From Bdellovibrionales bacterium (lineage in GTDB: Bacteria; Bdellovibrionota; Bdellovibrionia; Bdellovibrionales; JAKFYE01), in the NCBI GenBank assembly GCA_021731045.1, contig JAKFYE010000026.1, positions 32,027 to 96,026 of the forward strand: 64,000 nt of DNA. The letters run 5' to 3'. The notes beneath the pieces are model-generated. The model saw only the letters and a program-made list of their open reading frames with translations, did no database searches and was not told the origin of the DNA. The translations under genes were made by a program, and so were the position numbers. Within the stretch, counting starts at the first letter, position 1. Every line of letters starts with the position of its first letter. Shown piece by piece: positions 1 through 9,455 of the stretch.

Positions 1-2086
1 GCAGAGGAATAAGAATATCAAAGACCGTTCCACTTTTTGGGGCACTCTGAACTTCGATCTGGCCCTTCATAAGCCCGGCAAGATCTTTTGCGATGGAAAG
101 TCCTAGACCCGCTCCACCCCGATTGCGCGTGATCGTTTTATCAATTTGCTCAAAACGCTCAAATATATTAGTGATATTTTCTTGTGAAATTCCAATACCG
201 GTATCCGTCACTTTAAAATGAACGCCTTTTTCCGTATTCGTCACGGCTAACGTAACCGCACCTTCATCTGTAAATTTAATAGCATTGATTAGGATATTAC
301 CTAAAATTTGCTTCAATCTTAAAGGATCACCTAAAAAATAATCGTGAGTCAGGCCTTCTGTTGAAGACACGAGATCGATGCCTTTTTCTGAGGATTTAAT
401 TCGATACAAACTGATGATCTCCTCTACAAAAGATCTAAGATTAAACGGGACAATTTCAAGTTCAATTTTTCCGGATTCCACTTTCGACATATCGAGAAGG
501 TCATTAACCAAACGCAGTAAATTCGAACACGACTGTTTAAACATATTGACGAACTGCTCTTGCGCTTTAGACATTTTGGTTTCGGCAAGCATTTCGCTCA
601 CACCCATCAAAATATTAAGCGGCGTACGAATTTCGTGGCTCATGTTTGCTAAAAATAAACTTTTAGTTTCACTTGCGGCCTCGGCGACTCTGCGAGCCTC
701 TTCTAGTTCAAATGTTCGTTCTTTAACTAAATTTTCCACCTGATCGTAGGACGTTAGTAAGTTTGAATACATGTATAAAATGTGCCCGAATAATAATGCG
801 GCAAAGAAACCAAAGACGAGAGTAAATTTGGGTAGAAAGCTTAAAAATTCCGACATGCCATTAAGATTTGGAGTTGTGACAATCGAAAAACTTTTGCCAA
901 AAATATCAAACGAAGTTTTATGAGAAAATCCGGGGTAATCAATCGTTTTGATATTAGATGAGATGACGAGTCCACTTTCAGAAAACAAACCATAGTCAAA
1001 ACGAGTAAATTGAACTTGATCGATGGCTCTTTCTAAAATTTTATTAAACTTTAATTGCGCAACTACGTATCCGTGAATGATCCCCTCAGAAACATAAGGC
1101 ACGACAATCTCCACACGTCCATCCTTCGCTAGATCAGGAGGCGTGACGATTGCGATATCGGCTTGTTCTGTAATCTTCGTATAATAAAGCGCGGGTTTAA
1201 TCAGACGAGGCGGATCCCCAGGCACCTCTGTTTTTTTAAGCATCCATCCTAAACGTCCTTGCGTTGAGATCCAGTGCAGGGACTGCATGACCTGCCTTGA
1301 AAAAAGCACTCCGCGCGCGACTTCGAGTGTGGTGTCGTTCTCTGGAAGTTCAGTTTTACTATTTTTTAAATTCATTAAAAGATTTAGTGGAATCACTTCA
1401 TTATCGAGAGTTTCTTTTAGAGACAACTGGAGACTGTTTACAAATAAAATTTCAGTCTTTTTGAGTAGATCAATTTCGTCTCGTTGTAATTTAAATGATA
1501 GCAGAATAACAAGCAGGAGCGTTCCAAAAAAAATTGTAAATGGCAACACGCTTCGGTGAAGGCGAAAGGGACTATGTATCGCGAGCTTTCTAGCATGTGC
1601 CACTAGTAAAAGGGCGGCGGCTAAACTCAGAATTGTTAAGGCAATTTGATCTCCCGGTAAAACTTCAACATTAAACCGGCTGCTGGTGTAACGATGTAGA
1701 ACCGACGCAATATTAATGACGAGCACGCCAAAGCCCGCCGCAATGTAAAGAAAACTATCGTGTGCAATTCGTTTACCACTCGAAGCAAAAAATAAAAATA
1801 AACTCACGAGTGTGGTACATAAATGTGCAATAAAAGTAGCCAAGCGAAGTGCAAAGTAATGCTCGACATTGTAGTGGCGAAGAATCCAGTCTGGACCCAA
1901 AGCCATAATTAAAATACCAACCCCATAAAGAGTTGTAAGACCTAAGATCACACGAGCTGAACGATAAAATCGCCAGCTCAAAGATAGACCTCCCACTAGC
2001 ACACAGAGTAAGAAAATAAGTGTGTGCATATTCAGAGGATCAATCTGTTGGTTGCATATTGCTATTTCACATAGATCTTTAATCAT
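1..2086 (-). CDS. Membrane-bound sensor histidine kinase (3' end runs off the window; alternative start at 2029)
   Basis: Not in the ORF track because it has no stop in the window. Manual translation gives several N-terminal TM segments, H-box LFLANMSHEIRTPLN, N-box QILGNILINAIKF, G1 DTGIGI and G2 GGAGLGL. Confidence 0.88.
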   Translation of the reverse strand, partial: MIKDLCEIAICNQQIDPLNMHTLIFLLCVLVGGLSLSWRFYRSARVILGLTTLYGVGILIMALGPDWILRHYNVEHYFALRLATFIAHLCTTLVSLFLFFASSGKRIAHDSFLYIAAGFGVLVINIASVLHRYTSSRFNVEVLPGDQIALTILSLAAALLLVAHARKLAIHSPFRLHRSVLPFTIFFGTLLLVILLSFKLQRDEIDLLKKTEILFVNSLQLSLKETLDNEVIPLNLLMNLKNSKTELPENDTTLEVARGVLFSRQVMQSLHWISTQGRLGWMLKKTEVPGDPPRLIKPALYYTKITEQADIAIVTPPDLAKDGRVEIVVPYVSEGIIHGYVVAQLKFNKILERAIDQVQFTRFDYGLFSESGLVISSNIKTIDYPGFSHKTSFDIFGKSFSIVTTPNLNGMSEFLSFLPKFTLVFGFFAALLFGHILYMYSNLLTSYDQVENLVKERTFELEEARRVAEAASETKSLFLANMSHEIRTPLNILMGVSEMLAETKMSKAQEQFVNMFKQSCSNLLRLVNDLLDMSKVESGKIELEIVPFNLRSFVEEIISLYRIKSSEKGIDLVSSTEGLTHDYFLGDPLRLKQILGNILINAIKFTDEGAVTLAVTNTEKGVHFKVTDTGIGISQENITNIFERFEQIDKTITRNRGGAGLGLSIAKDLAGLMKGQIEVQSAPKSGTVFDILIPL

Positions 2087-2277
2087 TGGTGCAATTTTAA
2101 ACTTTTTTTCATACTTGTCACAAGTCTATAGAGACCTTAATTGAGTGTTTATTAAGAAATATTAACGCGATTTTTTTTGAGTCCAAAGTCTAACTTACTG
2201 AGATTTCTTAATTCTCATCGATAGTATTGTGATTTTTGAGCTGAGGGCCGAAAATAAATGCCATAGGGGGGATTCAA

Positions 2278-2757
2278 ATGAACGAAAACACTTTAACATC
2301 GAATTCAGAGGGAAAACTTGAAAATTGGCCGTATGACGAAATGTTTGATATCGAAAAATGGAACCTACCTCAATTTTTTGATGTCATCGTTGTGGAGGAT
2401 GATATCACGACAACCCGTCTGATTAAAGCCATTGCTCGACGAACTAATAATTTTGCGCGCATTAAGAGTTTTAATACAGCCGAAGATGCCATCTCACATG
2501 TTGAGACATTAAAGAGAAGAAATTGGACCGCACCCGATCTTGCGATTGTCGATGTCTACTTAAGAGGTCCTAAGGACGGACTCGCATTTTGTGAAACCAT
2601 TAACTCACTCTACCCAGAAACGAACATCGTCGTAACGAGCAGCGTGCATCCTCATCTCTATGCTGAAAAAGCAAAGCGTTTACAAGCGCGACCTCTGTTT
2701 CTGCCAAAGCCTTTTACTATCAAGCAAATCACAAGCCTTTTCGAACGACTCAACTAA
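2278..2757 (+). CDS. Single-domain response regulator (receiver)
   Basis: VVEDD acidic pocket, PDLAIVD phospho-acceptor, DG loop, FLPKPF; G-rich RBS upstream. Confidence 0.85.
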   Translation: MNENTLTSNSEGKLENWPYDEMFDIEKWNLPQFFDVIVVEDDITTTRLIKAIARRTNNFARIKSFNTAEDAISHVETLKRRNWTAPDLAIVDVYLRGPKDGLAFCETINSLYPETNIVVTSSVHPHLYAEKAKRLQARPLFLPKPFTIKQITSLFERLN

Positions 2758-2771
2758 TTATTGGAGGACAT

Positions 2772-3182
2772 ATGCAACAGACACTTATACATTATGGACC
2801 ATTCAAACGAACATCTAGCATCGACGAATTAGTCAGAGATCAGCTCAAGATTTTGAGCGAACATTTTTCACCTCAAGGACATCAGGTGTTTCAAGTTTGG
2901 CTAGATCGGCATCGTACCCGACGCAGTCCTAATAACATGAGCTATCATTGCAAAATTAAAGTCCAAACAGATAACGGAAAAAATATTTTTGTCGAAAAAA
3001 ATGATCAAAATTTATTTGGCGCGCTCAATCGTGCGCGTCGTGCTGCTTTGAATTTATTAGATCATTCTCGAGAAATCGGCCGAAAAAAACGAAAAGTCGC
3101 CGCTCGTCAGCAGCGAGAACTTATTCAAACAAATAATTTTTCAAATAGACTTCAACCTGATTCATACAGTGTTGAATTGTAG
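2772..3182 (+). CDS. HPF/RaiA (S30AE)-like ribosome-associated protein, divergent
   Basis: GGAGG RBS; YHCKIKV...IFVEKNDQNLFGALNRA pattern resembles the HPF fold; basic C-tail; overlaps the convergent Hpt gene by 62 bp. Confidence 0.55.
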   Translation: MQQTLIHYGPFKRTSSIDELVRDQLKILSEHFSPQGHQVFQVWLDRHRTRRSPNNMSYHCKIKVQTDNGKNIFVEKNDQNLFGALNRARRAALNLLDHSREIGRKKRKVAARQQRELIQTNNFSNRLQPDSYSVEL

Positions 3183-3420
3183 CCGTATTAGACTCTTTGC
3201 AAGCCCCTTCGAGCTCTCGTGCGTAGAGCTCGAGGGAAGGAAAGCCGTAGGGTCTTGCAATTCCTTTAATCGTATGACTGATTCTTGCCATATCTTGAAA
3301 TTTACTCTCTGCAAACAAGCTCTTTAAATTCTTTAAGTCTTCTTCTCGTGATTTAATAAAGAACGGAATGAGATCAGCAATATCACTTTCAACTGGGACT
3401 TCAGTTTTAGGAGTATCCAT
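3121..3420 (-). CDS. Hpt (histidine phosphotransfer) domain protein
   Basis: ISHTIKGIARPYGFPSL motif (H-x-x-K-G), helical ~100 aa; AGGGG RBS. Confidence 0.88.
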   Translation of the reverse strand: MDTPKTEVPVESDIADLIPFFIKSREEDLKNLKSLFAESKFQDMARISHTIKGIARPYGFPSLELYARELEGACKESNTATIQHCMNQVEVYLKNYLFE

Positions 3421-3433
3421 TTTATCCCCTTTC

Positions 3434-4171
3434 TTAGATCGTGCCTTGAGGCAATGATAGATCGTCCGACTTCACTGTTTTTCTAGGAGCCGCCGGAATA
3501 GAAAGAATGTAGCCCTTTCCACGACTCGAACGTAAGTTCACACCCGTATCCGAAATTTTTTGTCGTAACTTACAAACGTGCGTATCAATATTACGAACAC
3601 TTAAATGCACACCTTTACCCCATACCGATTCAAATAGTTCGTCGCGAGTCAAGACATCCGTCGGTTTGCGAGCTAACGCCAATAATATTTTAAATTCGAT
3701 TGGAGTTAAATCAATATGAGTGTTTTCGCCATTCGTTTTCTTATAAACTTTTTGATCTACGAGCGAAATAAGTAATGGGCCAATTTCAATATCGCCTTCA
3801 AAATTGCCTTTGCGTTTCAAAACAACTTCAACACGAGCAAGCAGTTCACGCGCATCAAACGGTTTTGCAATATAGTCATCAGCACCAGAAGAGAGGCCAT
3901 TAATTTTATCGGTCACTTCACCTTTAGCCGTTAACATAATCACCGGAGTTTTACGAGTTAAGCCATCGCGCTCGATTTCTTTACAAAACTCAATTCCATT
4001 GCCATCAGGCAAAGATATGTCTAATAAAATTAAGTCGAATTGATTCGACGATAATTTTAATCGCGCCTCATAAAGACTTGTTGCGAGTTCAACTTGGTTG
4101 TTCTTTTCAATTGCTCGTTTTGTGAGAAATTGTGCTTCTAATGAATCTTCAACTAGTAATATATGTGCCAT
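3434..4171 (-). CDS. OmpR/PhoB-family DNA-binding response regulator
   Basis: Receiver (LVEDS, DLILLDISLPDGNG, GADDYIAKPF) plus winged helix (LTPIEFKIL, RNIDTHVCKLRQKI, RGKGY). Confidence 0.93.
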   Translation of the reverse strand: MAHILLVEDSLEAQFLTKRAIEKNNQVELATSLYEARLKLSSNQFDLILLDISLPDGNGIEFCKEIERDGLTRKTPVIMLTAKGEVTDKINGLSSGADDYIAKPFDARELLARVEVVLKRKGNFEGDIEIGPLLISLVDQKVYKKTNGENTHIDLTPIEFKILLALARKPTDVLTRDELFESVWGKGVHLSVRNIDTHVCKLRQKISDTGVNLRSSRGKGYILSIPAAPRKTVKSDDLSLPQGTI

Positions 4172-4351
4172 AGATTTCTATTATTCGCCCTTAGAGTGTT
4201 AAATGGTCAACGCCTATAGTATTATGTTTTCTTAACAAATCTACTCAGCGATTAAACGTTAATTATATCAGGTATTTAACAACCTACTATCGAGCTTGCG
4301 TAAGGTCTTGCAGCCCGCTAGATTTGAACAATTACATAAAGGACATTCAAA

Positions 4352-5692
4352 ATGAAATCTACCACTATAAAAAAATGGGTCAGTCTTTATATAGCAAGTT
4401 TCTTCACAATATTAGTTTTGGGCTCAGGAAGTCTCTTAAGTTCCTGCTCGGCTCCATCTACTCAAAATGAGGAACAAGGCACTAAAGCGCACGCTCCTAT
4501 AGAAGACAAGCCAAAGCGCTATAATTCTATAAGTGCGCTTAATAAGCCTTATGTTTTGCTCGTCTCGCTTGATGGCTTTCGCTATGACTATATCGAAAAA
4601 TACAACGCAAAAAACCTTGCCGCTTTTGAAAAAAACGGACGGCGTGCAAAAGGGTTGATCCCCTCGTTTCCAACAAAAACGTTTCCTAATCATTATACGA
4701 TCGTGACAGGTATGTTGCCGACGACTCATGGACTGGTCGATAATGATTTTTACGATTCTCAAACTCTAAAAAAATATAGCATGGGTGATTCGGTCGCCGT
4801 ACGTGATGGAAGTTGGTATGGGGGAGAACCGCTTTGGATGGTCGCTGAACGTTCAGGAATGATCGCTGCCAGTTATTTTTGGGTGGGGTCAGAAGCTGAA
4901 ATCAAAGGCTATAGGCCGAGTTACTACTATGATTACGATGATAAGCATGACAATAAAATGCGCGTGGCTCAGGTGCTTAAATGGCTAAGCCTTCCCGAAT
5001 CTGAAAGACCGCACATGTTGACGTTGTATTTTTCAATTGTCGATAGTGCCGGTCACAAGTATGGGCCCGACGCGCCCGAAACAGGGGTCGCGGTTCAAGA
5101 AGCCGATCAACTGATTGGTGAGTTACGTGCGGAGCTGGCGTCGACTCATCTTCCGATAAACTTTATTGTTGTCTCAGATCACGGAATGGGAAACCTCGAC
5201 CCGGTTAAAACAATTTATCTCGATAAAGTTATTGATTTGAAAAAATACGAAATCGCGGGAGGCGGAGCCTTTTTATCGCTCTATTCGAATAGCCCAAAAG
5301 ATATTCAAAATGATTACAATAAATTAAAAGTTATACCGCATGCGAAAGTTTTTTTTAGAAATAAAATTCCCGCTCATTATAAGTTGAAGAGCTCAAGCCG
5401 CTTGGGCGATCTTGTTATGGTGGCCGACAATGGGTACTATATTATGACTAAGTCTCCCAAAGATGTTTCCAAACCTTCGGGACAAATGGCGACTCATGGT
5501 TGGGACAACATCAACAAAGACATGCACGGAGTTTTTCTTGCAGAAGGTGTAAATATTAAGCCAGGTCCAGTGCTCGCTCCGTTTGAAAATATTCACATTT
5601 ATCCGTTTATATTAAAAATTTTGGGACTGCACACTGACGAAGTTATTGACGGTAAACTTGAAATTTTAGATCCGATTTACAGAGCGAACTAG
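4352..5692 (+). CDS. Nucleotide pyrophosphatase/phosphodiesterase (alkaline phosphatase superfamily), lipoprotein
   Basis: Lipobox-like LLSSC; motifs LVSLDGFR, PTKTFPNHYTIVTG, DSAGH, VSDHGM, THGW. Confidence 0.93.
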   Translation: MKSTTIKKWVSLYIASFFTILVLGSGSLLSSCSAPSTQNEEQGTKAHAPIEDKPKRYNSISALNKPYVLLVSLDGFRYDYIEKYNAKNLAAFEKNGRRAKGLIPSFPTKTFPNHYTIVTGMLPTTHGLVDNDFYDSQTLKKYSMGDSVAVRDGSWYGGEPLWMVAERSGMIAASYFWVGSEAEIKGYRPSYYYDYDDKHDNKMRVAQVLKWLSLPESERPHMLTLYFSIVDSAGHKYGPDAPETGVAVQEADQLIGELRAELASTHLPINFIVVSDHGMGNLDPVKTIYLDKVIDLKKYEIAGGGAFLSLYSNSPKDIQNDYNKLKVIPHAKVFFRNKIPAHYKLKSSSRLGDLVMVADNGYYIMTKSPKDVSKPSGQMATHGWDNINKDMHGVFLAEGVNIKPGPVLAPFENIHIYPFILKILGLHTDEVIDGKLEILDPIYRAN

Positions 5693-5930
5693 TGCCTTCA
5701 CCATTTCAGCCGTCACGCCGTCACCCACAGATCTTACACAATAACTCGCTCAGCCTCTGTCTTGAGAAAATCGAGAAGGCTCTTCAATCAAAGTAACTTT
5801 CGGATGCAAAGGGCTCAGAACGCCGTTTTTGCCACTATTTTGAGGTCTCCTCAAGAACAGTCTCTGCCGCCGATCCTACTGGATTCCATATACGCAGCAC
5901 ACATTGTGACATTTGAAGAACTTGCAGAAC

Positions 5931-5947
5931 TGTCTCAAAATGAGACA
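5931..5947. promoter_or_regulatory. Palindromic operator/UAS TGTCTCA-AAA-TGAGACA
   Basis: Perfect 7-bp inverted repeat; near-identical copy at 8019-8035; lies upstream of a sigma54-like site. Confidence 0.6.
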
Positions 5948-5985
5948 ACAACTTCGTCCAGATTCAAATATATTCACAATTGAAA

Positions 5986-6001
5986 CGGCCTTTGCCTTGC
6001 T
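5986..6001 (+). promoter_or_regulatory. Putative sigma54 (-24/-12) promoter
   Basis: CGGCCTTTGCCTTGCT fits GG-N10-GC with TTGC, upstream of the 6102 gene. Confidence 0.5.
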
Positions 6002-6005
6002 TAGT

Positions 6006-6085
6006 AAAAACCCTCTGACCTTTTTTTCTGGTTATATATTGTTATTTGTCTTGGTATAGCCAGAAAAAAAGGTCAGAGGGTTTTT
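6006..6085. repeat. 31-bp inverted repeat (long hairpin) immediately 5' of the 6102 RBS
   Basis: AAAAACCCTCTGACCTTTTTTTCTGGTTATA / TATAGCCAGAAAAAAAGGTCAGAGGGTTTTT with one G-U-type mismatch and an 18-nt loop. Confidence 0.9.
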
Positions 6086-6101
6086 CACTTTTGGAGGATT
6101 T

Positions 6102-6731
6102 ATGAAGTTCACATTTTTTTTAGTCATTGCCCTTTTACCCTTCGCAAGCTTTGGCAAATCCAATGACTACGTTACTAAAAATTCAAAGCTTGTTTTGAAT
6201 CTACCCATCGAAGTGGGTCCCAACGGAGGAAAAATCGAAGTCAGAGACGCAGCCAATCTTCTTCACTGTAGTCTCGAGCTCGACAAAAAAGCCAAAGGAC
6301 AGACTATTTCTGCAGGAACTCAATTCAATATTTCAGATTCAAAATTCGAAGCCAGAGACGGTTACGACGATGGAATTTATTGCGGCGAAATCGGAAGCGG
6401 CCATGGCTATCTCGCCGGCCAACTCACAACACGATGTGAAAAAATCGGAGATCCCTACAGCTACAAAACCATTCGCATAGAAATGCAATTCAAAAGATCT
6501 CTCATCAAAAATATCACCTGTGCTATGTATCGCATTAATCCCGCAACAGCTGAAGATTTAGAAAAAGAGAAAAAGCTCTTACGACCGAATTACCATACAG
6601 CCATCACGACCAGCGGTGTTAAAACTCTCGATACTGATCTCTTGAGTAAAGATGTGTTCAATGACGCGATCAAAATTATTTTGAACGGCCCATTGCAAAC
6701 ACAATTCGGCCAGGCAGGACCAACGCCATGA
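6102..6731 (+). CDS. Hypothetical secreted protein
   Basis: GGAGG RBS, Sec signal peptide (MKFTFFLVIALLPFASFG), four Cys; no family recognised. Confidence 0.75.
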   Translation: MKFTFFLVIALLPFASFGKSNDYVTKNSKLVLNLPIEVGPNGGKIEVRDAANLLHCSLELDKKAKGQTISAGTQFNISDSKFEARDGYDDGIYCGEIGSGHGYLAGQLTTRCEKIGDPYSYKTIRIEMQFKRSLIKNITCAMYRINPATAEDLEKEKKLLRPNYHTAITTSGVKTLDTDLLSKDVFNDAIKIILNGPLQTQFGQAGPTP

Positions 6732-6773
6732 TGCTCTAGGGTGCCTGTAAGCACCAGAGTCGGCTTTTTTTAT

Positions 6774-7757
6774 TTATTCGCAATCATCCTCGTGATCATC
6801 GGCGAAATTATGAGCTCGCATAATACTTTTATTTTTTAGCCCGGCATAGTTTGGCGCCAACCAACTTGGAACCCCTACTTTTATGGATTGCGTTTTCGTC
6901 GGGTTACCTGCTGCCGTCCATGCAGAAGATAAAATCACCGCAAGCGTTGCGGCTCCATCGGCTAATCTGTCTTTCGCTATATCATACATTTCAGTGGCGC
7001 CTCGGCCCGTACGCCCATAAAGAGCATCGACTTCTAAAATAGCGTCCTTCCACTCGTAAGAACGTTTAACCATATTAAAAATAACGTTGTCGAGACTTCC
7101 GGTATTCTGTCGTACAAATTCACGATTTTTAATTAAGAGTTTTGCTCTTTTTAAAACATCTGCTTTCAAAGTCGCATATGCACGACCTTCAAGATTGGTT
7201 GTTTCAAAAAATTTGTGAATACCTTTTTGATTGGTGAGCTGTCCGTTATAGTTTGTAGTCACATGTAGCGGTTGAGAAAGATCGCCTACGTAATGGCTCA
7301 TCGTTCCGGCCATTTCAAGTGAAGACTTGTAATCAGAGGTAATGGCCTTGGATATCACCAATGCATAGAGCTGTTGGATTCGCCAAATCGCAGTTCCGTG
7401 GTCAATCAGTTTCTCCTCAGAGAACTGTCTTAAAGCATCCACCCAACGACGCGGAAATTTTGAAATATCATAAATAGAGGAATAATAGGCATCGGGTTCA
7501 AAAAAGTGGGTGGGCTTTTCATCAAATCCATTCTTGCCAGTCTTCCAGGTATTATCTGGAACATTCGCTAAGATCCCCATATTCACTTGATTGGCTGACC
7601 AAAAAGATTTTGCACCGTTGAGCTCGCCGCCAACTTCGGCAACAAGTTTATGACCAGTCGCTCCCCATCCCCAGGCTTGCGGACTCGTGATACTGACTGA
7701 AAGACACAGTAGTGATACTACAGTAATGAGCCTTCGTTTCATGGTCCCCACTTCCAT
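6774..7757 (-). CDS. Secreted S1/P1 nuclease / Zn-dependent phospholipase C-family protein
   Basis: Signal peptide then WGATGH; ANVPD, HF, HYVGDLSQPLH and IHKFFE zinc-ligand motifs. Confidence 0.85.
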   Translation of the reverse strand: MEVGTMKRRLITVVSLLCLSVSITSPQAWGWGATGHKLVAEVGGELNGAKSFWSANQVNMGILANVPDNTWKTGKNGFDEKPTHFFEPDAYYSSIYDISKFPRRWVDALRQFSEEKLIDHGTAIWRIQQLYALVISKAITSDYKSSLEMAGTMSHYVGDLSQPLHVTTNYNGQLTNQKGIHKFFETTNLEGRAYATLKADVLKRAKLLIKNREFVRQNTGSLDNVIFNMVKRSYEWKDAILEVDALYGRTGRGATEMYDIAKDRLADGAATLAVILSSAWTAAGNPTKTQSIKVGVPSWLAPNYAGLKNKSIMRAHNFADDHEDDCE

Positions 7758-8018
7758 GAATGTCCCCCCCCTAATGGCTTAATCAGATCAGGTCTTAGGA
7801 TTTATATAAAGAAAATTAAACGTACGAACAGAAACTAAATATTTCGCTCAAATCGAATTTATAGGCCCTGGGAGCCTTTTTCTCAGTTTTTTGAATTATA
7901 ATTAAAATAATTATGGACAGCCCCTCGAAAGATCGATTTAATTTTTATTCCGCATATTTCTTATTACCGAAGTAACCCATTTTTTATAAAGACCCGCCTC
8001 CATCAAGTAGGGATTTCG

Positions 8019-8035
8019 TGTCTCATTTTGAGACG
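8019..8035. promoter_or_regulatory. Palindromic operator/UAS TGTCTCA-TTT-TGAGACG
   Basis: Reverse-complement near copy of the 5931 box; ~70 bp upstream of the sigma54-like site at 8107-8122. Confidence 0.6.
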
Positions 8036-8106
8036 TCGAACACCTCGGCAAATGTCATAAAATCACCCTTCATTTTGATTAGGTTAAGTCTCCGTAGGAT
8101 TTCAAC

Positions 8107-8122
8107 GGGAACACGACTTGCA
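8107..8122 (+). promoter_or_regulatory. Putative sigma54 promoter
   Basis: GGGAACACGACTTGCA fits GG-N10-GC with TTGCA. Confidence 0.55.
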
Positions 8123-8137
8123 ATTATTAACTGTAAA

Positions 8138-9448
8138 ATGGGGGCCTACGTGTCACACAACATAAGAGAAACATTAAAAACGACAATTCGTCTTTTACTT
8201 ACCAGCTTACTTTTAGTGGGCTGTGGCCAAGTTGCATTTGATAGTACAAAAAGCGAAAAGGGAACGGCATTAAAAAATCCGACACCTCCCACTGAGCCTC
8301 CTCCGAATGAAATAGTTGTGACTTTAAAATCTCTTCAGCCGGCCTTAGCTGTACGTGGACTCGCCTGTCTTATGTGTCACGCGGATATCCGTTCGAACGT
8401 TATTACCGATTTTGGTTACGGCAACCCTTGGTATTTAGGAGAGAATAGAACACTTGACCAAGGAGTGAACCAATCAGACCAGAGTTGGTTTTCTAACCTA
8501 GCATCAACGTGGCAAACAGCTCGCATAAAAGGCAGCGTGTTTGTTCCTAATGTCGAAGTCACTCGTGCGGCTCAAGACAGTTTGGGAAGCGCATATGTTA
8601 ACCAACCGCTGATGAAGTTAGACAAACTGATGACGACACCCTATCAGGTCGCTTGGAACTTTTATGAAGATCCAGAGGTGACATTTTCAGATATGGCTCT
8701 TCGAGTTCAACCCCTCGATGGAAATGCAAAAGTCATCGCAAAATCACAGATTGTGATTCGCGCTCCAAGCGAAGCGGAAATCTTTAACTTAGTACCGGGA
8801 TTGACGCCGACAGAGGCCGGCTTCAAACGTGCTAATTCCGCTGCTGCAGTAGAATTTGTTATAAAAGGAAGCGGTGTCAATGCTTATACGACGAATGACA
8901 GCGCCCAAACGCTTTCGTGCTCGAAATCCGATATCATAGTGAATGGAACTTTGTTTCTTAAAAAATTAAAGGTCAACGCCGCCGGTGGATGTCGACTCTA
9001 CGTCACCGGGTCTGTCTTTATAGAAGATGCCATCGAATATGTGGGTTCAGGTGCGGATCAGAATCTTCAGATTACAAGTGCTAACGCCATCATCATGGGT
9101 ATAAATGTCAGTCACCTTCAAAACCGCTTGCTTAATGAACGGCGAAATCTTGAATTGTCAGGTACGCGAGATTATTTATCACGCGCGCAACAAGCCGTAC
9201 AAGAAGCGCAAAATATTGGAACTCTCGTGGATGCCCAAGTGGGCTCGGATCGTACGTCGATTGATTTTTCAGGACTCCTCCTCAATGCACCAGTTATTCA
9301 CAGCCGTTATCTCGGCGAAGTTCACGGGACTGTCATTGCCGAAGCCGCGCTCTTTGTGCTTGAAGATTTTCACTTCCAATTTGATTCGGTCTTTACGCGA
9401 GTTGACGTCCTACCTCTACTCACAAATCCCGTGCTTGTTGTAAAATAA
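8138..9448 (+). CDS. Hypothetical lipoprotein with a CxxCH motif (start 8138 or GTG 8150, not 8018)
   Basis: Lipobox LLVGC, Pro-rich linker, CLMCH, C-terminal repeats of the G-x-L/V-x-V type suggesting a beta-solenoid. Confidence 0.75.
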   Translation: MGAYVSHNIRETLKTTIRLLLTSLLLVGCGQVAFDSTKSEKGTALKNPTPPTEPPPNEIVVTLKSLQPALAVRGLACLMCHADIRSNVITDFGYGNPWYLGENRTLDQGVNQSDQSWFSNLASTWQTARIKGSVFVPNVEVTRAAQDSLGSAYVNQPLMKLDKLMTTPYQVAWNFYEDPEVTFSDMALRVQPLDGNAKVIAKSQIVIRAPSEAEIFNLVPGLTPTEAGFKRANSAAAVEFVIKGSGVNAYTTNDSAQTLSCSKSDIIVNGTLFLKKLKVNAAGGCRLYVTGSVFIEDAIEYVGSGADQNLQITSANAIIMGINVSHLQNRLLNERRNLELSGTRDYLSRAQQAVQEAQNIGTLVDAQVGSDRTSIDFSGLLLNAPVIHSRYLGEVHGTVIAEAALFVLEDFHFQFDSVFTRVDVLPLLTNPVLVVK

Positions 9449-9455
9449 GCACAGC

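Noticed and set aside
378-1559. Plus-strand ORFs 378-743 and 1287-1559
   Set aside because: Antisense shadows of the minus-strand histidine kinase.
5762-5983. 73-aa ORF upstream of the 6102 gene
   Set aside because: TTG start without RBS, overlaps the operator region, and has no recognisable features.
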